Positions 55,901-64,000 of a stretch of DNA of 64,000 nucleotides are shown here, piece by piece. Origin of the DNA: Macrostomum lignano (Eukaryota); contig NIVC01001003.1 in NCBI GenBank assembly GCA_002269645.1, positions 248,001 through 312,000 of the forward strand, given 5' to 3'. The notes beneath the pieces are model-generated. The model made no database searches. It saw only the letters and a program-made list of their open reading frames with translations, and had not been told where the DNA came from. The translations under genes and the position numbers were made by a program. Numbering within the stretch: position 1 is the stretch's first letter; every line of letters starts with the position of its first letter.

Positions 55901-56621
55901 CTGTCTTGAAGGCGGCAGAGTGCTTGGCTATGACGTCATTGATAACGGGTACAACGTTGGCACCATCCTCTTTGGCTGGATAGACTTTCAAAGCGAGGCT
56001 ACCCGTGATGAAGTCGTTCTGCACGTCAACAATCACCATGGCAACTGGGCCGGAGAAAATCACGCTCAGCCAGGGCAGAGCGCGAGCCGCCATGTCCGAG
56101 GGCGACACGAGGCCGTCCTGGAGAAGAGGAGCACTTTACTGCAGTCACCTGACCCCACCAATGGAATCAAAGGGTGTCACCTGACCCCACCAATGGAATC
56201 CCAGGGTGTCACCTGACCCCACCAATGGAATCCCAGGGTGTTACCTGACCCCACCAATGAAATCCCAAAGTGTATCATATGCTAAAAAAATTCTTAGCAT
56301 TTCAAGACCATACCAACCTTGTCCTTGTCCAAGAAGGCATAGATTTTATCCAGCTCAGCTGCACTCAGTGAACCACTGGTTGCAATGGACTCAACCAAAT
56401 TTTTTACCTCTGCTTTGTCTAATGCATTATCTCTAAAATAGATAAATTTTTTGAGACAATCAGAATAATTTATTTAAAACTGAAGTGCAAATTAAACATA
56501 TATGTTAAACAAAAATCATAACTTACTTGTTTGCATCAAATGTCTGAAAGATCCTTTTTATATCAGCTTCTGTGATATCCTTGCCAGGATATTGGTTAAA
56601 AAACTTGCTATTGCCAAACAT
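52922..56621 (-). CDS. PNC1: Nicotinamidase (PNC1/Naam; isochorismatase family) with an N-terminal EF-hand; at least 5 exons
   Basis: Exons 56627(ATG 56621)-56527, 56117-55815, 55369-55232, 53692-53381 and 53014-52922. Motifs IVDVQNDFITGSL, SLDWHPADHISF, MWPRHCVQNSSGAELH, VYKGTDPDIDSYSAFWDN and VCGLATDVCVGSTA. The last three junctions are phase 0; the first junction is 1 nt out of phase. Confidence 0.93.
53095..53370. repeat. 21-bp minisatellite in the last nicotinamidase intron
   Basis: GATCAGCATGAGCAATGAC(T/C)A units. Confidence 0.92.
53725..55212. repeat. 1.5-kb 20-bp minisatellite in a nicotinamidase intron
   Basis: CAGTTCCAAACAGACACAGT units with periodic CTTAGGTCTAAACAGACACATTTCC insertions. 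Confidence 0.95.
55430..55765. repeat. About 23-25-bp minisatellite in a nicotinamidase intron
   Basis: GA(C/T)ACTGAGACAAGATA core with variable linker. Confidence 0.88.
56144..56260. repeat. 32-bp repeat, about 3.5 copies, in the first nicotinamidase intron
   Basis: GTCACCTGACCCCACCAATGGAATC(C/A)(C/A)AGGGT units. Confidence 0.85.
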
Positions 56622-56943
56622 TTTGTGCTGTAAGTAGTTGTAAGATTATACAACATAAGAAGTTAAATCTATAAAAATAAATAGAAAGTCATGGTAATAG
56701 TTACTAAGGCTAATTTCAAATGTCAAATGTTTAATATTTAATAAAATTGTAATAGTTGGCTTTATTATAATATATATTGCTTGTCATTAAATATGAATAA
56801 AGGTAAAACCTTATATCCTTGAATTGTCTTTTTGAAAAGCAACTATTTCAATTTTTTATAAAGACTAGCTATAAGTATAAAGGCTAATAAATACATAATA
56901 CTATCAATACTGATATTCATAAACTAGAATACTAATAAAAATT

Positions 56944-57111
56944 CAGTGGCATATATAGGATTTTCTATTGGTGGTGGGGGTTGCTGACAAACCAGGGCCA
57001 CAGGGAGTATCGTCTATCTGCACCAACAAGTTTGGACAATAAAGGACCTTTTTGGGGTTCTCTCTGGCTAGTCACCTCTGGCAAGCCCCTCGCCCCCTGC
57101 ATATGCCACTA
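56944..57111. mobile_element. Small MITE-like element
   Basis: 10-bp inverted termini AGTGGCATAT (56945-56954) / ATATGCCACT (57101-57110) around a GC-richer core in AT-rich DNA; no clear TSD. Confidence 0.45.
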
Positions 57112-60100
57112 TAAACATTAGAAGTAAACATAGTTGTGACATTGTCACTGGTAAATAGATAAAAATTAGTTTTAATTTTCCAAATCAATGACAATAACTA
57201 GTAAACTAAGGGCCTAAATATAGCTGATTTTCTTTAGCTATAGATTAAATTTTATTTCAATAGCATACTTAAGCTTAGTGCTAAATGACTACCTATTAAT
57301 ATTACTAAAGTTTAAAATAAAAAATGAAATGATTAATTTAAATTCATGTAGGGGCCTATATTACTGTGATCTCAGCAGACAGAAGTTAAAAAGTTAAAAG
57401 CACATGTACTAATGTATTTTTGTCTATGGCTGAAATCAGTGAAATGCTTGTTCGGTCAGGGAGGTTACTACACTTAAGTGAGCACAGCGAGCCAAAGAGC
57501 TTTGGAGTACAAGTGCCCATGTGATATCCGCACACCCGTCAAGTTTAAGACCTTTGAACCCAACTCATTAGTCAACAAAATTACAGAAATTGATTGCGGT
57601 TGGTTTGGTATCTAACTTGTCGAGTGATAAAAACAGTACACTTACAGCAGTTAAAATTTGCCAAACTACAGAGACACATGGGTAAGAAACGCAATCGTTT
57701 CTGTCACATGACAAGCTTTTAAAAGATAAATAAAGTAAGTACAAAAAACTAAAATAAGGTCAGTATTCTGCAAACCTACATAAAAATCGTTTGTTTTTAG
57801 TTAAAATGCAAAGCTTACTAAAAATAGTTTTCGCCTTTGAACACGACAATTGTTTCAGAACCAGAATATATATTTCCGATTCTTGAACCAGTATTGGTAG
57901 GAAAATCAAAATCATAATCATTCAAATTGTTTCAAGTGTTTCATTAGCTTTTACAAGCAATGGATTTCTCGATCAAAATTTTTGAACCTGCAGCTGACAA
58001 CGGTTCTGGAACTGATTCTTGAATACGGAACATTGAAGATGAAGCACAAGTGCTGTTTTCGGAAGCAGTAATATGAAAACGCTGTATTAAGTGATTCTGC
58101 GTACGCGGACACAAAATGATAGCAGTGCAGTTTCTGGACGCAGGACAATACAATTACATGCTAGAAAAAATCGGCGAATTTCTATCTTTTTTAATTGATT
58201 CAATGCGCTGTAGCTGATCCCGTTGGCCTTTTTCTTACATGTATAGATTTTGTTGAGTTTATGGCGAAATTGTTTAGCGAAAACGGACCTCTTATGTTGT
58301 AAGTTTTCTTTTAGGCCTTGCTGACTTTTACCCAAGTATATAATTATTTTACCTATTATAATTATTTATATACCTATAAGCTATATTTGTCTTATTTTAC
58401 ATAATTCTTCTTGCTCTTTTCGGACTCGGCTTACTTTGCTGTCTTATATCGGGCCTTTCCGCTAGGCCGCTAGGCCTCTTCGGGTTAATTTATTTACTCG
58501 CATTTTTGTGTCAATTGGACTGATGACTGACTTCTCGGCCGATCTTCTGCTGGACCTCTAAGGGCCTCCTTTTTTAATAACTAATTTCTGACGGGGCAGA
58601 TGCTAAGTACCCGAGGGTGCTGCGTCAGCAGGCCGCAGTGCCTCGAGCGGGCGTCGGTGTAGATTGGGTGAGAGAGACCAGAGAGATAAAAGAACTATTT
58701 TACCGCAGTGCGCCCTCATCCCGCTCGCTACGTGGGCCCTCTACCCCTAATGGTGTTCACCAGCTTGGACCTGCCATCCTGCTGGTCCTTGTGAGCGCTC
58801 TTTCTTGGTTCGGCCGTCGCTTCTTGGTGTCTCCGGTGCTCGAAGTTGCTGTCGCGCGCTCTGTTGAATTTCCTTGCTGATACTTGCTCTGGGGTACCCC
58901 TATGTAAATGTTCATTCCCAGAGCTTTACGCTAATTCCTGGCGAATTTGCTGAATTGGAATCTTCTGTTGATAGCCCTGCCGGTCCTGAATTCCTATACT
59001 AGTTTTCGTGCCTATCTGGCACTGCATTAAATAGTTACGGTAAGCATGCATTTTTTGTCCTTTTAAAAAGATTTTTCTCTGTTTTTGTTTGTTTTCTATA
59101 ATTTCTTTGGTGCTCTTTTACAGCAGCTTGTAAATGAGCAAATCAGGGAATTAAGCTGCACTCATCCTGTCCTTCCGCGCTCCTGCCTCCGCCGATGAAG
59201 TTACTCAGCCATACCGTGCGATCTCGTCAGGTTGAAATTTGTAGATGACTCTGAGGTCAGAGGGAACCACTTGTAAGTCTTCTTTTAGGCCTTGCTGACT
59301 TTTACCTAAGTCGGTCTCTCATGCACTTCCGTTCTAAATAATTCTTAAGCCTAAAAGATCTTACAACCGAGATCGTCAGCCGGTTGGCTACAAATTGAGC
59401 CTTTAGCACAAAGGAAAAATATAAGTCGCTTGGATTTAAATGAACTGCACAGGAGTTCTAGCTACCACTTAAGGTTCTTTTAAGGCTCATTTCGGGGCCG
59501 AGGCCGTGTCTATTTTATAGATTTTACACGTCATCCCCCGCCGCTGATTAGCAACGGCGGGGTGCCAAAACAGACGCAGCAACATTAGATTAGCGCGTTG
59601 CTACGGGGCAACAGAGATAATTTAATATCTGTTAGTTGGTCGCCTCAGGCGATGGTTAAAGGTCAGTTCAGGGTTCATTATTCGAGTCGATTCGCACGTC
59701 AGACCACCCGTGCGTCCCTCGGTGAGTCGTGCTTTCGCTCCCTGGGCCGATCCACGTACGTCACCGCTGACCTTGGCCTGTTGACCATCGCTCTATCTCG
59801 CCCGCCAGTCGGGGTATCTTGCCGTATCGATTCTCCTGGCACCGCGCCGACTGACTCTGTCTGATGGCACCTCGACCAACTTTGAAGTCATCTCGTTTGG
59901 TCTGAAATCTTGGGGGACAGCGACAGTTAAGTTCTTATCATATGTATGATTTATTTCGCTTTCTTGTCGTTCTTTTAATTTCTTTTACTTAAGTGTCAGG
60001 GACAACTTAAACTACCGGGACGCGAAACCAGCCAAATCATGGCGAAAAACGTTGGGGGCTCGTTCATTCTATGGTCCTATAGCTGAGACACTTTAATTAG

Positions 60101-60276
60101 ATTGGAAAATGAAATTAGAATTGGTGCAGAAATGTCGTAAAAATTTTTCTTATAAAACCAACAAGTCGTAGTTTAACCCCTGTACAGAGCCCGAAATGTG
60201 TTTTATTAAAATCCTGAATAATACGCACAAAATGGCGTACAATACTCGCGACAAGCAGTCATAACAAAGTATAAGG

Positions 60277-60915
60277 TGTAGTGAGCCGCTAGTTTATTGT
60301 TTGGCGTCGCCCTTTGTCAGCAGTCGCCCTTGCTCTCGCCCCCTCTTTGGGTTGCTGTCTGCCGCTGGTCAGCTTCCCGCTCCCTTGTCTGTCTGCTCCT
60401 GTCCCTTTTGCGCTCCCTTTGCGTCTCTGTTCTCAGCCTTCAGCTTCTCTGCTGTTGGCTGTCTCTGTTTCGCTTCCGTCCCGTTTTCCTTGTCTTGTGA
60501 GCTAGTCACATGACAGTTTTTGAGTTCTTCGAGTCTTAAAGTGCAGTAAACATGTTTACTGCACTCGCTGGCCCTGTTTACCGGGTGAGTCACATGCTTT
60601 TGGTCCCCTCCCTTCTCTAAGGAGAGGAGTGACTCGTGTTGCTAAAAATAGCAACTGAGTCACAGCCATGTGCACTCTGCCGGGACCCTCAAGTGACGTC
60701 AGTTCTAAAAATAGAACGAGTCACGAGGTCTTCCGCACGCTTGTACCCTGCCCAAGACTCTTAAGTGACGTCAGTTCTAAAAATAGAACGAGTCACGAGG
60801 TCTTGTGCGTGGTAGTTTCCCGGCTATAAATAGGACCCCTCTCCCCCTTGTTTCCGTCAAGGAGCTTCCAGTTTTCTTAAGTGCCTAACCGGGAAGCAAA
60901 CCGCGTTCTACAACA
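60277..60915 (+). mobile_element. Probable solo LTR nested in the TIR element
   Basis: Begins TGT, ends ACA, flanked by AAGG at 60273-60276 and 60916-60919; contains duplicated enhancer-like modules and a TATA box. No canonical AATAAA seen after the TATA box. Confidence 0.65.
60541..60832 (+). promoter_or_regulatory. Dense cluster of Pol II motifs (MEF2 x3, CRE x2, AP-1 x2, TATA)
   Basis: CTAAAAATAG at 60642, 60705 and 60777; TGACGTCA at 60694 and 60766; TGAGTCA at 60586 and 60656; TATAAATA at 60825; 24-bp palindrome at 60541-60564. Confidence 0.55.
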
Positions 60916-61325
60916 AAGGGAAGGCATAACAAAAAAGTAAAAACTTGTAAGAAAAAGTGGTGTGTGCGAAAACGTGCATCGGGCCCGGTTGGAAAAGAAA
61001 ATATTCTTGTTCGTTTAGTTTCAGAGTTGTAGTTTGATCTGCACGTTCGTGGCATGGCTTTCTCTCAACTACAGGCGCATGATTCTTAGAGCTCATTGAA
61101 AATTATAGAAGCCCCTCAGCAGTCGACTTACTTTAGTATAGGATTTTTATTTTTTTTTTACTTTATTATAGAATTCATAACTTTGCCACTTCATTTCGAC
61201 ATACCCAGTAGAAAGGCAACAGAAAAGTCGATGCGCTTGTCCAGTACAGAAAGAACTGTTAAAAACAGAAAGCTGTGTATTTAAGTCACATGAGGAAGTA
61301 GACAGTTGCAACAGTGAAATCAGTT

Positions 61326-61645
61326 ATGTCCGCCAAAGTTAATGCTCGTTCGCTGCAACAAGCTACAAATTTCACATTATCTGCTGCTCATTGATGCACA
61401 GGGGCAGAAACCGCATCACATGTCGTTCCCAGGCAAGGCACTTCGCGGCGGAAATTTCCTCTAGTGCAACGTAGCCGCAGCGGAAAAGCACCATGAGTCT
61501 CCACTGCGTTGGGTTGATGCCATCAGGCGGATAGCTAAGTCACTTTCTAAGTCACTTTTAAGTCCGTCACTTTCTCACCCCTGTTCATTGCTTCAATGAC
61601 AAGATGCCTTCTGTCGTTTCCAATGGACGCGTATGCAGCCATTTT
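61326..61645 (+). pseudogene. Degenerate THAP-domain remnant
   Basis: Frameshifted pieces in the expected order: M..CS.RCN, KFP, RWVDAIRR and RVCS-HF. Confidence 0.45.
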
Positions 61646-63499
61646 TAGGCACACAAGGAAAGTGACTGTTGCCCAAGAAGAGGACACGTTCATATAGGCT
61701 TTTCATTTCTATGAGAGGTTTGGCCATAGATATTCACCCACTGATATCCCAGCCCCCTCTGGCAGTGTTTGAGTCACTCCGCGCGTCAAGTCGAAATGAT
61801 GTGGCAAAGTTATGAATTCAATTGGAAAACAGCGCACTTTATTGCCATAGACTCTATGGCCACTCTGCCAACTTCTATGGACGAAATCAAATGACAATTT
61901 TATGAAATCAAACGAAAAAACCTATACTATATAGAACGAAGAAGGCGCGTATCACAAAGCAAAACACATTAAATTGTCCACAGCCATAGACAAACAAACG
62001 AGCCCCCAACTTTTTTCGCCATGATTTGGCTTGTTTCGCGTCCCGGTAGTTTAAGTTGTCCCTGTTAAGTGTCTTATCTCTAAATTGAACTTTCGCCCCC
62101 TGATTTTTGCTTCTTACTTTGCCCTTTAGAGAACCTTTTTTATTTGCTCAGACTTTTCCTAATTTCTAATCCCTATATAAACTTTTTAAAAATATTCGTA
62201 ACTTTATTAGACTACTGCATCGATCTTTTTTGCATTTGCAAAAAGAAAAATTTGCTGAAAAGGCAATGCTGAGATCGATTCATTCATGCATCGAAACATT
62301 TAGCAAAGTGAGATGTTATTCTGCTATTAGCTATACTACTGCTAGCATGTTATTCACTAGTAGCGTCCTGACGTGTTAAGTCGTCCAATACAAACTTACA
62401 AAGAATAATAATATTTAATTACATTTATATGATGGTCCAATATTGTTTTAAACTCATTTTTGCACGTGTGATGGCGTGTCAAAGGCAAAAATCCCAAAAT
62501 TTGTCTACATGTAGCTCAGTTGACATGCAATGATCGAGGAACCAAAAGCACGACTATACATGTATATTGAGTATATCTACTGTATGTACCATCTACTGTA
62601 CATGTACGGGCGTGGTTGCATAAATGAACCAGAAGTGCTCTGTTTGTCTGTCCGTGCATCTCAAGGCCCGTGCAACATTACCATCGATAATTGTATATAT
62701 TAATACACGGAAACATATGTAGAGAAACGTTGTGATACAATGTACGTGTACATGCAAGATGCACGGCTCCTCTTGAAGAGATCTCCAAGCTTAGCAGAGT
62801 ACTATAAAAGTAGTAAGATAAAAACATGAATAAGCTTTCATGAACATGCCTGCAATATCACGTAAACAGCGAGTGATCATTACATAGTCCGAAAAACCGG
62901 CCGGTTTTCAACCGATATTTCCAAATATGGTAAATGTCAATTTAAATGCGACCTAAGCTTCACCCCTTTTCTATGTAAAACCCCACCGGTCAATGGACAA
63001 AGTACATTTCTTGATTCTTATCAATAAAACCGGTTTGGGGCTCAAGGTCAATTATAAGTGTGTATAAATACAAGCGAGAAATCCGAGCTGAAACCTCAGA
63101 CTCAGAGCAGCCTTAAGAAATCTTGGGCTTAGCCAGAGCTACTAAGCAAGGCTATATCTCTGAGAGAGACAAACACAAATTGGTAAGCCTTTGTTTGAGT
63201 CTTTGTTACTTGAGTCTTTGTTATTCGATTATTAAGAGCTGTCATTGCCGGCCGTTACTGATCAGTCGATTTATTAAGTTATTGAATTTGAGGCCTCCCT
63301 ATTTCTAAGGGATTGGATAGGATCTGCGGACCGATTCCAATACTCTTAGTCGATTATTGATTGATTAATTTTGGTACCCTAGAGTAACCGATAGGAGCAC
63401 ACGACTCCGATTCCGTTATTTCTAGAAGAAGACGCCCTTTCGGAGGACTTTGTCATTGTTATAGAGTTGACTTTGTTATTAGGGCGCATCTCTGATCTC

Positions 63500-64000
63500 A
63501 GCACTCGAGGAATATGATGGTTTCTGCAATCGAGGAATATAATGGTTTCTGCAATCGAGGAATATATCGATTTCTGCACTCGAGGAATATAATGGTTTCT
63601 GCAATCGAGGAATATATCGATTTCTGCACTCGAGGAATATAATGGTTTCTGCAATCGAGGAATATATCGATTTCTGCACTCGAGGAATATAATGGTTTCT
63701 GCACTCGAGGAATATATCGATTTCTGCACTCGAGGAATATAATGGTTTCTGCAATCGAGGAATATATCGATTTCTGCACTCGAGGAATATATCGATTTCT
63801 GCACTCGAGGAATATAATGGTTTCTGCAATCGAGGAATATATCGATTTCTGCACTCGAGGAATATAATGGTTTCTGCAATCGAGGAATATATCGATTTCT
63901 GCACTCGAGGAATATATCGATTTCTGCACTCGAGGAATATATTGATTTCTTCACTCGAGGAATATATCGATTTCTTCACTCGAGGAAAATAATGGTTTCT
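63500..64000. repeat. 25-bp minisatellite with two alternating variants, runs off the window end
   Basis: GCA(C/A)TCGAGGAATATATCGATTTCT and GCA(C/A)TCGAGGAATATAATGGTTTCT units. Confidence 0.93.

Larger units (their letters stand above)
59997..62064. mobile_element. 2.07-kb non-autonomous TIR transposon with 8-bp TSD (hAT or P superfamily)
   Basis: TIRs of about 70 bp starting CAGGGACAACTTAAACTACCGGGACGCGAAAC; identical TTAAGTGT at 59989-59996 and 62065-62072. Confidence 0.9.

Noticed and set aside
58515-58560. CTGATGA as a possible hammerhead core
   Set aside because: No GAAA after a stem II; the other CTGATGA hits (16340, 27797, 40277) also lack the fold or lie in coding relics.
59596-59615. 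RFX X-box-like GTTGCTACGGGGCAAC
   Set aside because: The spacer is longer than the 0-3 nt consensus and there is no linked ciliary gene start.
63080-63480. Possible LTR/PBS region (TTTTGGTACC)
   Set aside because: No matching second LTR, TSD, convincing tRNA complement or gag-like ORF within the window.
63379-64000. ORFs with repeated IFLECRNRYIPR motifs
   Set aside because: Translation of a 25-bp tandem repeat (three units give 75 bp).

Overview
Eukaryotic (metazoan) genomic DNA with GC-rich exons, GT-AG introns and a very high load of minisatellites. The style resembles a free-living flatworm such as Macrostomum, but that is an inference, not shown by the sequence. Seven conserved genes can be rebuilt by hand from splice sites: PIF1 helicase (+), a C17orf98/SPMAP1-like gene (+), intronless Abi (-), RPL7L1/Rlp7-like (-), YIPF6 (-), a ZC3H4/6-type triple-CCCH protein (+) and an EF-hand nicotinamidase (-). 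There is also an unassigned single-pass receptor-like gene (+) whose cytoplasmic tail looks SEFIR/TIR-like. Mobile DNA includes decayed mariner and maT/DD37D-like transposons, two copies of a tRNA-derived SINE, two copies of a palindromic TIR element (one with an 8-bp TSD), a 2.07-kb TIR element carrying a solo LTR and a THAP remnant, and a P-transposase fragment. Nearly every large intron or intergenic spacer is filled by its own minisatellite, and several arrays share sequence cores. Most long ORFs in the supplied track are artefacts of these repeats. The most notable observations are the receptor-like gene, an operon-like YIPF6-RPL7L1-Abi run, the minisatellite-intron architecture, and three 1-nt discrepancies that are probably assembly indels.
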